A DNA stretch of 64,000 nt from Allosphingosinicella sp. (GTDB lineage Bacteria; Pseudomonadota; Alphaproteobacteria; Sphingomonadales; Sphingomonadaceae). Of this stretch, positions 1 to 10,700 are shown piece by piece (position 1 is the first letter of the stretch; each line of letters begins with the position of its first letter). The stretch spans positions 5,838 through 69,837 of the forward strand of contig DASVQT010000054.1 of assembly GCA_036388975.1 (NCBI GenBank). The letters are read 5' to 3'. The notes under the pieces are model-generated. The model was not told the DNA's origin. It made no database searches and saw only the letters and a list, made by a program, of their open reading frames with translations. The position numbers and the translations under genes were made by a program.

Positions 1-390
1 GGCGGTCACCGGCGGCGGCCCGCCTTCGAAGCTGAAGGTGAGCGTCACCCGCGCCCCCGGTCTCAGCGCCGGATCGAGGTCGAACAGCATGGCGTGCCGC
101 CCGCCCGGCTGAAAGTGCAGCGGCGCGTCGGGGCTCAGCGCGAACGACGCTGCCGGCCGCATGCCCGCCTCGTGCAGCTCGATCCGTCTCGCCGCGGGGC
201 TCGAAACGCCGGTGAGCCGCGCCGCGCGGTTCGTCTCCAGCCGGAAGTAGGCCGCGCCCGGCCGCCCGGCCGCCGCGGGCAGCGTCACGACCGCATGCTG
301 CGCCGTGACGGCGGGAGGCCCGCTCTCCTGCGATCCGCAGGAGGCGAGGGCGAAAGCAGCGCAGAAGGCTGTTGTAACATGGCAACGCAT
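1..390 (-). CDS. Copper chaperone PCu(A)C-like lipoprotein (partial; 3' end beyond window edge)
   Basis: Not in the ORF track because it runs off the edge. My minus-strand translation from the ATG at 388-390 gives [21 protein letters not shown] (lipobox LASC), then ...IELHEAGM...[14 protein letters not shown]... This His/Met pattern is typical of PCu(A)C (DUF461). Confidence 0.6.
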   Translation of the reverse strand, partial: MRCHVTTAFCAAFALASCGSQESGPPAVTAQHAVVTLPAAAGRPGAAYFRLETNRAARLTGVSSPAARRIELHEAGMRPAASFALSPDAPLHFQPGGRHAMLFDLDPALRPGARVTLTFSFEGGPPPVTA

Positions 391-416
391 GGGTGGCCTT
401 TAGGCCATGGCGACTT

Positions 417-445
417 CTTGTCGCAATCGGAAGCGCTCCTATATC
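417..445 (+). promoter_or_regulatory. Candidate RpoH (sigma-32) heat-shock promoter of dnaK
   Basis: CTTG (417-420), 17 nt, then CCTATATC (438-445), about 75 nt upstream of the dnaK ATG. This fits the alphaproteobacterial sigma-32 consensus CTTG-N17-CYTATNT. Confidence 0.45.
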
Positions 446-521
446 GAACGCGAAACGCTTGCGTGCCTCACGAGAAGGGCGCCGGCGGACAGTTCAAAAT
501 CTGGGGCACAAGAGGATTAAT

Positions 522-2468
522 ATGGCAAGAGTCATCGGGATCGACCTCGGCACCACCAACAGCTGCGTTGCCGTAATGGAAGGCGGCAAGCCGAAGGTCG
601 TCGAAAATGCGGAAGGGGCCCGCACCACCCCCTCGATCGTCGCTTTCACCAAGGACGGCGAGCGGCTCGTCGGCCAGCCGGCCAAGCGCCAGGCGGTCAC
701 CAACCCTTCGAACACAGTTTTCGCGGTGAAGCGCCTCATCGGCCGCCGCTTCGACGATCCGGTCACCAAGAAGGACACGGAGCTCGTCCCCTACACCATT
801 TCGCGCGGGCCCAACGGCGATGCGTGGGTCAATGCCGGCGGCAAGGATTATTCGCCGTCGCAAATCTCGGCCTTCACCCTTCAGAAGATGAAGGAAACCG
901 CCGAAGCCTATCTCGGCGAGCCGGTCACCCAGGCGGTGATCACGGTTCCCGCTTACTTCAACGACGCGCAGCGCCAGGCGACCAAGGACGCCGGCCAGAT
1001 TGCCGGCCTTGAAGTGCTTCGCATCATCAACGAGCCGACCGCGGCCGCGCTCGCCTACGGCCTCGACAAGCAGGACGGCAAGACGATCGCCGTCTACGAT
1101 CTCGGCGGCGGCACGTTCGACATCTCCATCCTCGAGATCGGCGACGGCGTCTTCGAAGTGAAGTCGACCAACGGCGACACCTTCCTGGGCGGTGAGGATT
1201 TCGACGCCAAGATCGTCGATTACCTGGCCGACAAGTTCAAGGCGAAGGAGAATATCGACCTTCGCAGCGACCGCCTGGCGCTCCAGCGCCTCAAGGAAGC
1301 GGCCGAAAAGGCGAAGATCGAGCTGTCCTCGGCGCAGACCACGGAAGTGAACCTTCCCTTCATCACCGCGCGGATGGAAGGCGGCAGCTCCACGCCGCTC
1401 CACCTCGTCGAGCCGCTGAGCCGCGCCGACCTCGAGCGTATCGTTTCCGATCTCATCCAGCGCACGCTGGAGCCCTGCCGCAAGGCGCTCGCCGATGCGG
1501 GCGTCAAGTCCGAGCAGATCGACGAAGTCGTGCTGGTCGGCGGCATGACCCGCATGCCGCGCGTCCGCGAAGTCGTGAAGGACTTCTTCGGCAAGGAGCC
1601 GCACACCGGCGTCAACCCGGATGAAGTCGTCGCCATGGGCGCCGCGATCCAGGCCGGCGTGCTCCAGGGCGACGTCAAGGACGTCCTCCTGCTCGACGTC
1701 ACCCCGCTGTCGCTCGGTATCGAGACTCTGGGCGGCGTCTTCACCCGGATGATCGACCGCAACACGACCATCCCGACCAAGAAGTCGCAGACCTTCTCCA
1801 CCGCCGAGGACAATCAGAATGCGGTGACGATCCGCGTCTTCCAGGGCGAGCGCGAGATGGCGGCGGACAACAAGATGCTCGGCCAGTTCGATCTCGTCGG
1901 CATTCCGCCGGCGCCGCGCGGCGTGCCGCAGGTGGAAGTCACGTTCGACATCGACGCCAACGGCATCGTCCACGTCTCGGCCAAGGACAAGGGCACCGGC
2001 AAGGAGCAGCAGATCCGCATCCAGGCCTCGGGCGGCCTCAGCGACGCCGACATCGACAAGATGGTGAAGGATGCCGAGCAGTTCGCCGAAGAGGACAAGA
2101 AGCGCCGCGCCGCGGCCGAGGCGAAGAACAACGCCGAAAGCCTCATCCACACGACCGAGCGGCAGCTTGCCGAGCATGCCGACAAGGTGGACGCGTCCCT
2201 CAAGACCGAGATCGAGGGCGCCATCGCCGAGGCGAAGACGGCCGTCGAAGGCGGCGATCCGGAGACCATGAACCAGAAGGCTCAGGCCCTCGCCCAGTCG
2301 GCGATGAAGCTTGGCCAGGCGATCTACGAGAAGGATCAATCGGCCGGGGCTCCGGGCGGCGATGCCGGAACGGCAGGCGCGGGCGCTTCGCCGGGCGCGG
2401 AGGCTTCCGGCGGCGAGGACGTGGTCGACGCCGAATTCTCCGAAGTCGACGACGAACCCAAGGCGTAA
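522..2468 (+). CDS. dnaK: Molecular chaperone DnaK (Hsp70)
   Basis: ORF 393..2468; the real start is the internal ATG at 522 ([18 protein letters not shown]). Full-length Hsp70 signatures are present ([27 protein letters not shown]-type tail). Confidence 0.98.
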   Translation: MARVIGIDLGTTNSCVAVMEGGKPKVVENAEGARTTPSIVAFTKDGERLVGQPAKRQAVTNPSNTVFAVKRLIGRRFDDPVTKKDTELVPYTISRGPNGDAWVNAGGKDYSPSQISAFTLQKMKETAEAYLGEPVTQAVITVPAYFNDAQRQATKDAGQIAGLEVLRIINEPTAAALAYGLDKQDGKTIAVYDLGGGTFDISILEIGDGVFEVKSTNGDTFLGGEDFDAKIVDYLADKFKAKENIDLRSDRLALQRLKEAAEKAKIELSSAQTTEVNLPFITARMEGGSSTPLHLVEPLSRADLERIVSDLIQRTLEPCRKALADAGVKSEQIDEVVLVGGMTRMPRVREVVKDFFGKEPHTGVNPDEVVAMGAAIQAGVLQGDVKDVLLLDVTPLSLGIETLGGVFTRMIDRNTTIPTKKSQTFSTAEDNQNAVTIRVFQGEREMAADNKMLGQFDLVGIPPAPRGVPQVEVTFDIDANGIVHVSAKDKGTGKEQQIRIQASGGLSDADIDKMVKDAEQFAEEDKKRRAAAEAKNNAESLIHTTERQLAEHADKVDASLKTEIEGAIAEAKTAVEGGDPETMNQKAQALAQSAMKLGQAIYEKDQSAGAPGGDAGTAGAGASPGAEASGGEDVVDAEFSEVDDEPKA

Positions 2469-2478
2469 TCGCAATGAG

Positions 2479-2534
2479 GCGGCTCCCGTCCTTCCTGAGC
2501 GATGCTGGGGAGGGGCGGGAGCCGCAGCGTTTTG
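2479..2534 (+). terminator. dnaK-dnaJ intergenic hairpin followed by a T-run (possible partial terminator/attenuator)
   Basis: GCGGCTCCCG (2479-2488) pairs with CGGGAGCCGC (2516-2525) and is followed by AGCGTTTTG. The inner CCTTCC/GGGAGG could extend the stem. Confidence 0.3.
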
Positions 2535-2549
2535 CGGCGCGAGGACGCT

Positions 2550-3683
2550 ATGGTTGAAACCGATTATTACGAGCTGCTCCAGGTGGAGCGCGGCGCCGAC
2601 GACAAGGCGATCAAGTCCGCCTATCGCCGGCTCGCCATGGAATGCCATCCGGACCGCAACGGCGGCTGCCCGAAGGCGGAGGCCAAGTTCAAGGCGATCA
2701 GCGAAGCCTATGATTGCCTGAAGGATCCGAACAAGCGCGCCGCCTACGACCGGTTCGGCCACGCCGCCTTCCGCCAGGGCGGCATGGGCGGCGGCCCCAA
2801 CGGCGGTGCGCAGGACTTCGGCTCCTTTTCCGACATCTTCGAGAACATCTTCGGCGAGTTCATGAACAATGGCGGCGGCGCCGGCGGCGGGCGCCGCGCG
2901 GCGAACCGCGGGTCTGACCTTCGCTACGACCTCGAGATCAGCCTCGAGGATGCTTATGCCGGCCGCACGGTCGAGCTCGCCATCGACACCACCGTGCGCT
3001 GCGAGCCGTGCAGCGGCATGGGCGCCAAGCCCGGAACCTCGGCGCGCAGCTGCACCATGTGCGACGGTCGCGGCCAGGTCCGCGCGCGCCAGGGCTTTTT
3101 CGTCATCGAACAGGTCTGTCCGTCCTGCCGCGGCGCGGGGCAGGTGATCGCCGACCCTTGCACGAGCTGCCGGGGCGAAGGCCGCGCCGAAAAGCGCCGC
3201 TCCCTATCGGTCAACGTCCCCGCGGGCGTCGACGAAGGCACCCGCATCCGCCTCTCCGGCGAAGGCGAAGCGGGCGTGCGCGGCGGCCCGCCGGGCGACC
3301 TTTACATCTTCATCCACCTCGCCCGCCATTCGCTCTTCCAGCGCGAAGGCACCACGATCTTCGCCCGCTGCCCGGTTTCGATCACCACCGCCGCGCTCGG
3401 CGGCGCCATCTCGGTCCCAGGCCTCGACAAGACCGCGCACGAGGTGAAGATCCCGGCCGGCATCCAGTCCGGCAAGCAGCTGCGCGTCCGCGGCGCCGGA
3501 ATGCCCGTCCTGAACGGCCGCGGCCACGGCGACATGGTCATCCAGGTCGAAGTCGAGACGCCGACCCGCCTTTCGTCCCGCCAGCGCGAACTGCTCGAGG
3601 AATTCCGCCGCCTCGAGACGGGCGACGAATGCCCCGCGTCCAAAAGCTTCCTCGGCAAATTGAAGGGATTGTTCGACGGCTGA
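2550..3683 (+). CDS. dnaJ: Co-chaperone DnaJ (Hsp40)
   Basis: ORF 2502..3683; the likely start is the ATG at 2550 (MVETDYYELLQV). It has a J-domain HPD motif (CHPDRN), a G/F-rich linker and four CxxCxGxG zinc-finger repeats. Confidence 0.97.
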   Translation: MVETDYYELLQVERGADDKAIKSAYRRLAMECHPDRNGGCPKAEAKFKAISEAYDCLKDPNKRAAYDRFGHAAFRQGGMGGGPNGGAQDFGSFSDIFENIFGEFMNNGGGAGGGRRAANRGSDLRYDLEISLEDAYAGRTVELAIDTTVRCEPCSGMGAKPGTSARSCTMCDGRGQVRARQGFFVIEQVCPSCRGAGQVIADPCTSCRGEGRAEKRRSLSVNVPAGVDEGTRIRLSGEGEAGVRGGPPGDLYIFIHLARHSLFQREGTTIFARCPVSITTAALGGAISVPGLDKTAHEVKIPAGIQSGKQLRVRGAGMPVLNGRGHGDMVIQVEVETPTRLSSRQRELLEEFRRLETGDECPASKSFLGKLKGLFDG

Positions 3684-3729
3684 TTTCAGCGACATCCAGG
3701 CGCTCGAAGAGCAGCTCCTCGATCCCGAG

Positions 3730-4041
3730 GTGCGCGGCTCTCCCGAGCGCGTCGCCGGGCTGCTGTCCGCGGACTTCCTCGAAGTCGGCGCCTCGGGCCG
3801 CGTCTACGATCGCGCCGCCGCCATCTCGATGATCGCCCGCGGCGCTTCCGCCCGCCGCCGGATCGAGGATTTCCACGCTCGTCCCGTCTCGCGAACCGTC
3901 GTGCTCGTCACCTACAGCGCCGTCCGCCTCGGCGAGGACGGCGCGCCCGCCTCGCGCTCGCGCCGAAGCTCGCTCTGGCGGCGCGAGAAGGGCGAATGGC
4001 GCATGGTCTTTCACCAGGGCACGCCGCAGCCTTTCGCCTGA
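3730..4041 (+). CDS. SnoaL/DUF4440-like (NTF2-fold) small protein
   Basis: ORF 3730..4041 with a GTG start. The ...LLSADFLEVGASGRVYDR... and ...WRREKGEWRMVFHQGT pattern is typical of DUF4440. The reading frame is open upstream from 3664 without a canonical start codon. Confidence 0.55.
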   Translation: MRGSPERVAGLLSADFLEVGASGRVYDRAAAISMIARGASARRRIEDFHARPVSRTVVLVTYSAVRLGEDGAPASRSRRSSLWRREKGEWRMVFHQGTPQPFA

Positions 4042-4087
4042 CCGCCGCGGCGCCTAGCATGGTCTCCTGGTAAAACAGGGTACCCAA

Positions 4088-4987
4088 ATGCGCCGCAGCC
4101 TTTTCGCACTCGCTTTCGCCCTTTCCGCCGCAGCGCCCGCCGCCGCGCAGCAGGATTTCTCCCGAGTCCAGATCCGCGTCGAGCGAGTCGCGCCGGGCGT
4201 CGCCGTCCTGTTCGGCGCGGGCGGCAATATCGGCCTCAGCTACGGCGAGGACGGCAACATCCTGATCGACGACCAGTTCGCGCCGCTGACCGAGCGCATC
4301 CTCGCCGCCGTCCGGTCGGTCGATCCCGATCCGGTCCGCTTCGTCATCAACACGCACTGGCACGGCGATCATACCGGCGGGAACGAGAATGTCGCGCGCG
4401 AGGGCGCGGTGATCGTCGCCCACGACAACGTCCGCCGGCGCATGTCGATGGAGCAGGTGGTGCGCGGCAACGCCGTCCCCGCCTCGCCGCGCGGCGCCCT
4501 TCCGAGCGTGACCTTCAGCGACGACGTGACCTTTCACCTGAACGGCGACGAAGTACGCGCCATCCACGTCGCTCACGCCCATACGGACGGCGACGCGCTC
4601 GTCTACTGGACCCGCGCCAACGTCCTCCACATGGGCGACACCTTCTTCCGCGGCTTTCTGCCCTTCATCGATCTCGATTCGGGCGGCTCGGTCGACGGGC
4701 TCCTTGCCGCGGTGGATCGCGCGCTTGGCATCGCCAACGAGAGCACGGTGATCGTTCCCGGTCACGGCCCGCTCGCCCGCCGTTCCGACCTCGTCGGCTA
4801 TCGCGACACGATCGCCCGCCTCGCGACCCGCGTCCGCGCCGAGATCCGTCGCGGCCGCAGCCTCGACCAGATCAAGGCGCTGCGCCTCGCCGACCCGCAC
4901 GGCCGCGCGACCGACTTCATCTCCCCCGACGCTTTCATCGAGACGCTGTACCGGGATGCGACGCGCGAGCGCGGCGAACGGGGCTAG
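4088..4987 (+). CDS. Secreted MBL-fold metallo-hydrolase
   Basis: Signal peptide MRRSLFALAFALSAAAPAAAQ and the HxHxDH motif (NTHWHGDHTGG), with downstream His/Asp ligands (HAHTDGD, PGHGP). Confidence 0.85.
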   Translation: MRRSLFALAFALSAAAPAAAQQDFSRVQIRVERVAPGVAVLFGAGGNIGLSYGEDGNILIDDQFAPLTERILAAVRSVDPDPVRFVINTHWHGDHTGGNENVAREGAVIVAHDNVRRRMSMEQVVRGNAVPASPRGALPSVTFSDDVTFHLNGDEVRAIHVAHAHTDGDALVYWTRANVLHMGDTFFRGFLPFIDLDSGGSVDGLLAAVDRALGIANESTVIVPGHGPLARRSDLVGYRDTIARLATRVRAEIRRGRSLDQIKALRLADPHGRATDFISPDAFIETLYRDATRERGERG

Positions 4988-6303
4988 GCGGCGGTCCCGA
5001 ACACGCGCTCGAAGATCGTGTCGACGTGCTTCAGGTGATAGCCGAGGTCGAAGCGCTCCTCGATCTCGGCGGCGGGGAGGAGGGCGGTCACCTCCTCGTC
5101 TGCCTTGAGCAGCTCCAGCAGGCTGAGCGCGCCGCCGCTTTCCCAAACCTTCATCGCGTTGCGCTGGACGAGGCGATAGCTGTCCTCGCGGCTCGCGCCT
5201 GCCTGGGTGAGCGCGAGGAGGACGCGCTGGGAGTGGACGAGGCCGCCCATCAGATCGAGATTGCGCTGCATGCGCTCGGGATAGACGAGGAGCTTGTCCA
5301 TCACGCCGGTCAGGCGGGCGAGGGCGAAGTCGAGCGTCACCGTCGCGTCCGGACCGATATAGCGCTCCACCGACGAGTGGCTGATGTCCCGCTCGTGCCA
5401 AAGGGCGACATTCTCGAGCGCCGGCGTCACGTAGCCGCGCACCATGCGGGCAAGGCCGGTCAGATTCTCGGTCAGCACCGGGTTGCGCTTGTGCGGCATG
5501 GCCGAGCTGCCCTTTTGACCCGGCGAGAAATATTCCTCCGCCTCTAGGACCTCCGTGCGCTGGAGGTGCCGAACTTCCGTCGCCAGGCGCTCCACCGACG
5601 AGGCGATCACGCCCAAGGTCGCAAAGAACATGGCATGCCGGTCCCGCGGAATGACCTGGGTCGAGACCGGCTCCACCGTCAGCCCCATCTTCTGCGCGAC
5701 ATGCGCCTCGACCCTCGGATCGACATTCGCGAAGGTGCCCACGGCGCCCGATATGGCGCAGGTCGCGATCTCCGCGCGCGCCGCCACCAGCCGGGCGCGG
5801 CAGCGGTCGAACTCGGCATACGCGAAAGCAAGCTTGAGGCCGAAGGTGACCGGCTCGGCGTGGATGCCGTGGCTTCGCCCAATGGTCGGCGTCATTTTGT
5901 GCTCGAACGCGCGGCGCTTCAGCACGGCGAGAAGCGCGTCCAGGTCCGCGATCAAGATGTCCGCCGCGCGCGCAAGCTGCACGGCGAGCGCCGTATCGAG
6001 CACGTCCGAGCTCGTCATGCCCTGGTGCAGAAACCGCGCCTCGGGCCCGACCTGCTCCGCAACCCAGGTCAGAAACGCGATCACGTCGTGCTTGGTGACC
6101 GCCTCGATCTCGTCGATCCGAGCGACGTCGATCGCCGGTTCCGTGCGCCACCACGCCCAGACCGCCTCCGCCGCCTGCTGCGGCACGGTGCCCGATGCCG
6201 CCATGGCGTCGAGCGCATGCGCCTCGATCTCGAACCAGATCCGGAAACGGGCTTCGGCGTCCCAGATGGCGGTCATCCGGGGCCGGGAATAGCGGGAAAT
6301 CAT
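4984..6303 (-). CDS. purB: Adenylosuccinate lyase
   Basis: ORF 4984..6741; the real start is the ATG at 6301-6303 (MISRYSRPRMTAIWD...). It has the fumarate-lyase signature region (GSSAMPHKRNP). Confidence 0.95.
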   Translation of the reverse strand: MISRYSRPRMTAIWDAEARFRIWFEIEAHALDAMAASGTVPQQAAEAVWAWWRTEPAIDVARIDEIEAVTKHDVIAFLTWVAEQVGPEARFLHQGMTSSDVLDTALAVQLARAADILIADLDALLAVLKRRAFEHKMTPTIGRSHGIHAEPVTFGLKLAFAYAEFDRCRARLVAARAEIATCAISGAVGTFANVDPRVEAHVAQKMGLTVEPVSTQVIPRDRHAMFFATLGVIASSVERLATEVRHLQRTEVLEAEEYFSPGQKGSSAMPHKRNPVLTENLTGLARMVRGYVTPALENVALWHERDISHSSVERYIGPDATVTLDFALARLTGVMDKLLVYPERMQRNLDLMGGLVHSQRVLLALTQAGASREDSYRLVQRNAMKVWESGGALSLLELLKADEEVTALLPAAEIEERFDLGYHLKHVDTIFERVFGTAA

Positions 6304-6374
6304 GTTTACATCCTGAGGCGGTGTCGCGGCGGCGCTAGCAAAGCGCCGCCACCGCTTCAATCGCAGCGGCGTCG

Positions 6375-6848
6375 CTACCGGCGCGGCGGCCGCGCGCGCG
6401 GACCGAACATATCCTCGAGCATTCGGCTCAGAGCCACGGCCGCCTCGGTGAAACAGCCGGACGAAAGGTCCGCCCGCATCGTGCTGCCGCCCTCGGTCAG
6501 CACCAGATGGTCGGCTCCGCCGTTGCTGATGATGAATTGTCCGTTGGAGCAGTCTCCAGTCACCACCAGACCCTGCGCCCGCGCCGCGGCAAAGGCCGCG
6601 CGGATCGGCTCGAGGTCCGAGGCGCCGATCCGGCCGCGCGTGAACCGCGCGGGGGCGTCGGGCGTAAGGCGCGAGGGCGCATGCCTCAGCCGGTAGCGTC
6701 CGGTGCGAAGATCGAGCGAGACTTCGCCCGAGCGCGTCCATTCCGAGTTGGCGACCGATGAGACGACGGTCGCGTTCCGGGGGCTCGCTGGCGCGGGAGC
6801 GCCCGAGAGGGCCAGGGCCGCAAGGAGCGGCGTCAAACTCGCGATCAT
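6375..6848 (-). CDS. Hypothetical secreted protein
   Basis: ORF 6375..6911; the likely start is MIASLTPLLAALALSGAPAPA (signal peptide). I recognise no family. Confidence 0.5.
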   Translation of the reverse strand: MIASLTPLLAALALSGAPAPASPRNATVVSSVANSEWTRSGEVSLDLRTGRYRLRHAPSRLTPDAPARFTRGRIGASDLEPIRAAFAAARAQGLVVTGDCSNGQFIISNGGADHLVLTEGGSTMRADLSSGCFTEAAVALSRMLEDMFGPRARPPRR

Positions 6849-6924
6849 TTCGCTTTCCTTTCTGCTCTCGTCCGCGTCCACATCAGGCCCTGCACCGCCA
6901 CACTCAGGCAAGCCCGCGCCATCT

Positions 6925-7617
6925 TCAGATCAGTCCCATCGCCCGCATCGAGCTGTGGCCTTTGGCGCCGACGATGACGTGGTCGTGGACGGAGATCTTG
7001 AGGGGGCGCAAAGCCTCGACGATGTCGCGGGTGAGGCGGATGTCCTGTTGGCTCGGCTGCGGATCGCCCGAAGGGTGGTTGTGGACGAGGATGATGGCGG
7101 TGGCGTGATATTCGAGGGCGCGGCGGATCACTTCGCGGACGTACACCGCAGCTTCGTCGACCGAGCCTTCGGACATCGGCTCGTTGCGGATCAGCATGTT
7201 CTTGGAATTGAGGTACAGGACCCGCACCCGCTCGACGGCGTGAAAGGCCATGTCGGCGCGCAGATAATCGAGCAGGGCCTGCCAGCTTGCGAGCACCGGT
7301 TGCTCCGCAATCTCCGATTCGAGGAGGCGCAAGGCCGCGGCCTGGGCGATCTTGATCGCCGCGGCTGCGCCTTCGCTGACCTCGCCGATCCGCACGATCG
7401 CTTCGGCGTCGGCAGAAAGGAGCCGGCCGAAGCCGCCGAAATCGCGGATCAGCTTCTTGGCGAGCGGCTTGGTGTCGCGCCGCGGAATGGCGAGGGCGAG
7501 GAGATATTCGACGAGCTCATGGTCGAGCAAAGCATCGGGGCCGCCTTCGAACAGGCGCCTGCGCAGCCGCTGGCGGTGCCCCGCATTGTCGTTAGCGCCG
7601 TCAGCCTCGTCGCCCAT
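6925..7617 (-). CDS. radC: RadC-family JAB-domain protein
   Basis: C-terminal JAMM motif HNHPSGDPQPSQQD and an N-terminal helix-hairpin-helix-like region. The 230-aa length is typical. Confidence 0.9.
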   Translation of the reverse strand: MGDEADGANDNAGHRQRLRRRLFEGGPDALLDHELVEYLLALAIPRRDTKPLAKKLIRDFGGFGRLLSADAEAIVRIGEVSEGAAAAIKIAQAAALRLLESEIAEQPVLASWQALLDYLRADMAFHAVERVRVLYLNSKNMLIRNEPMSEGSVDEAAVYVREVIRRALEYHATAIILVHNHPSGDPQPSQQDIRLTRDIVEALRPLKISVHDHVIVGAKGHSSMRAMGLI

Positions 7618-7724
7618 CAGGCTGGATTAAGCTTGGCGAGCCCCTTAGGCAATGAAGGCGGGTATCGGAACCGTAACGGAAAGGCGCATCGCTTGCCGCG
7701 TCGCCGGCTTGTGCCGGGGCCGGC

Positions 7725-10700
7725 TTGACGGGATGCCCGGGCGAGGGTTGGCGTAAACGCGTGGACGAAGCGGAGACGGTCGAAGTTGAGGCGCCGAACC
7801 GGCGGCGGCGTCGCTGGCCGTGGGTGCTCGCGGCCCTTCTTCTCCTGATCCTTTCCGGACTGCTCATCCTGTGGCTGCTGCGCTTCACCATCGCCGCCGA
7901 TTATATCGACCGCGAGCTGGCGAAGCGCGGCGTGCGCGCGACCTACGACGTGAAGCGGATCGGCTTTCGGCGCCAGCGGCTCGAAAACCTCGTCATCGGC
8001 GACCCGGCCCGGCCGGACCTGACCGCCCGCTGGGTCGAGGTGGAGCTGAGCTGGGCCGGCTTCGCTTACCCCAAGGTCGCGCTGATCACCGCGCGCGGCG
8101 TTCGCCTGCGCGGGCGGATCGTGAACGGCCGGGTTTCGTTGGGCGAGGTCGACAAATTGCTGCCGCCGCCGAGCGGAGCGCCGTTCCGCCTGCCCAACCA
8201 GCGGATCGACGTCGCCGATGCCGCCATCGGGCTGGAAACGCCCGCGGGGATGGTCGGCATCGGGCTGAGCGGCCGCGGCAATCTTTCCAACGGCTTTCGC
8301 GGCCACATGGCGGCGCTGTCGCGGCGGCTCACGGTCGGCGAGTGCGTGGTGGCCGAGCCGGGCGCCCGGGTGCGCGTCGCCGTCGACCGGCACCGGCCGA
8401 CCTTCACCGGCCCGCTGCGGCTCGACAGCATGATCTGCGAGGACGATTTCGCGATCCTCGCCGCGCGCTTCGATGCCGAGGTGCAGCTCAGCGAATCGTT
8501 CGATGCCTGGCGCGGGCAGACCCGCCTCGCCGCCGCGCGCCTCGATGCCGGCCCGAACCGGCTCGCTGCGCTGCGCGGCTCCGTCAGCTTCGCGGGCAAT
8601 TTCCTCGACACGCGCGGGCGCCTCGCCGTCGAGTCCAACGAAGCGGCGGTGTCGCGCTTCCGCGCCTCGGGCATGCGGCTCGCGGGGGAATATCAGATCT
8701 CGCCGCGCCGCGGCCATGTCGCGCTCGACGGCGATCTGGCGCTGGCCGGCTTCACCGCGCCCGGCGCGCTCGATCCGATAACAGCAGCGTTGCGCTCGGC
8801 GGACGGAACGCCGGTCAGGCCGATCGGGCAGCAGCTCGCCGCCGCCTTGCTGCGCGCCGGCGAAGGCGGGGCGTCGGCGCGGGCGCGAGTCCGTCTCGTC
8901 AATCGCGACGGGGCGGGGAGCGCCCAGTTCGAATCGCTCGATTTCGTCGCACGCAGCGGTGCCCGGCTCCGCGCGACCAGCGGCAGCGGCATCACCTACG
9001 CCTGGCCGAGCGGCCTCGTCCGCACCGACGGCGCCTTCGCCCTCTCCGGCGGCGGGCTCCCCGACGCGCGCTTCACCCTCCGCCAGGCGCGCGCCGGCGG
9101 CGCCATCGAAGGCACCGGCTCCGTCGCGCCGCTCGCCGCCGGCGGATCGCGGCTCGCACTCGGCGCCATCCGCTTCGTCGCCGAGCCGGGCGGCGCCACC
9201 CGCATCGATACAACGGCTACGATCGACGGCAGCTTCGACGGCGGGCGCGTCCAGGGCCTTTCCATCCCGATCCGCGGACGCCTCGCCGGCGGCGGCTTCA
9301 CGTTCGGCGAGACCTGCGCCCCGGCGAGCTTCCGGCGGCTCCAGGTCGAGACGCTGGCGATCGGCCCTTCGCGCCTGTCCTTGTGCCCGACCGGGCGGGC
9401 GCTCGTCTGGCGGACACCGGGCGGAACCGTCCAGGCCGGCGCGGAGCTGCGCAACGTCCGCCTCGCCGGGACGCTGGGCCGCTCGCCGGTCGCGCTGGAC
9501 GCGGCGCGTTTCCGCTTCGGCCTCGGAGAGCGCGCCTTCGCAGGCTCGAACGTCACCGTCCGCTTGGGCCGCGACACCGGCCTCCACCGCCTCCAGGTCG
9601 CCGAGCTCGCCGGCCGCTTCGTCGGCCGCGACGTCCAGGGCACGTTCCGCGGCCTGTCCGGCAAGCTCGCCGCCGTGCCCTTGCTGCTCAGCGACGGGGC
9701 GGGGCGCTGGTCGATCCGCGGCGGCGACCTCGCCTTGAACGGCAGCGTGCGGGTCGCCGACGAGCGCGATCCCGACCGTTTCTATCCAATGGTGAGCGAC
9801 GACTTCCGCGTCACCCTCGCCGAAAACCGCGTCCGCACCACCGGCTCGTTCCGGCATCCCGAAAGCGGCACGCTGATCCTCAACGCCGTCGTCGACCACG
9901 ACCTTCGCAGCGGCACGGGCGGCGCCGACATCCAGGTCCCCGGCATCGCCTTCGCGCTGGACGGGCTCCAGCCGGAGGATCTGACCCGCCTCACCGTCGG
10001 CGCCGTCGCCCTCGTCGAAGGCACTTTGCGGGGCACCGGCCGGATCGACTGGCGCCCCGGGGTGACGTCGAGCAGCGGCACCTTCTCGACGGAAGGCATG
10101 AACCTTGCCGCCGCCTTCGGCCCCGTCGAAGGCCTGACCACCACGGTCAACTTCACCGATCTCCTCCGCCTCGAAAGCGCGCCAGGTCAGGTGGCGCGGA
10201 TCGACATGGTGCGCGCCGGCATCGACGTTCAGAACGGCACCTTGCGCTACCAGCTGCGCCCCGGCAGCCTCGTCCAGGTCGAAGGCGGGCAATGGCCGCT
10301 TTGGGGCGGCGAGCTGCTTCTCCAGCCAACCCTGCTCGATTTCAGCCGGCCGACGACCAAGTACCTGGCTTTCCAGGTGGTCGGCATCGATGCGGCGCAG
10401 GTCGTCGACAATGCCGGCCTGACCTCCATCGAACTGACCGGCATCTTCGACGGCGTGCTGCCGATGGAGTTCGACGTGCGCGGCGGCCGGATCGTCGGAG
10501 GGCGGCTCGAGGCCCGGCCGGGCGGGGGCACGCTCTCTTATGTCGCGCCGATCGACCGCGCCAACATGGCGCTCGGCAGCCGGATCGCCTTCGATGCGCT
10601 GCGCTCGATCCGCTACAACCGCCTCGAAATCCAGCTCGACGGCAATCTCGCGGGCGAGTTCCTGAGCCGCATCCGGCTCGACGGGCTGACGCTCGCCACG

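Noticed and set aside
94-576. 160-aa plus-strand ORF at the left edge
   Set aside because: It is Arg/Pro-rich nonsense lying antisense to a convincing PCu(A)C-like lipoprotein gene (1..390, minus strand), and it runs through the dnaK promoter and start.
468-2762. 764-aa ORF antisense to dnaK, plus other ORFs overlapping dnaK/dnaJ (494..778, 1220..1813, 1814..2269, 3008..3832 and others)
   Set aside because: It is fully antisense or out of frame to unmistakable DnaK/DnaJ coding sequence. The Arg/Ala/Gly-rich composition is typical of stop-poor non-coding frames in high-GC DNA.
4088-4987. Interpreting the secreted MBL-fold protein as an acquired metallo-beta-lactamase resistance gene
   Set aside because: Only the generic HxHxDH superfamily motif is visible. 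The flanks are core genes with native GC and there is no mobile-element context. The specific B1/B3 signature cannot be supported without alignment.
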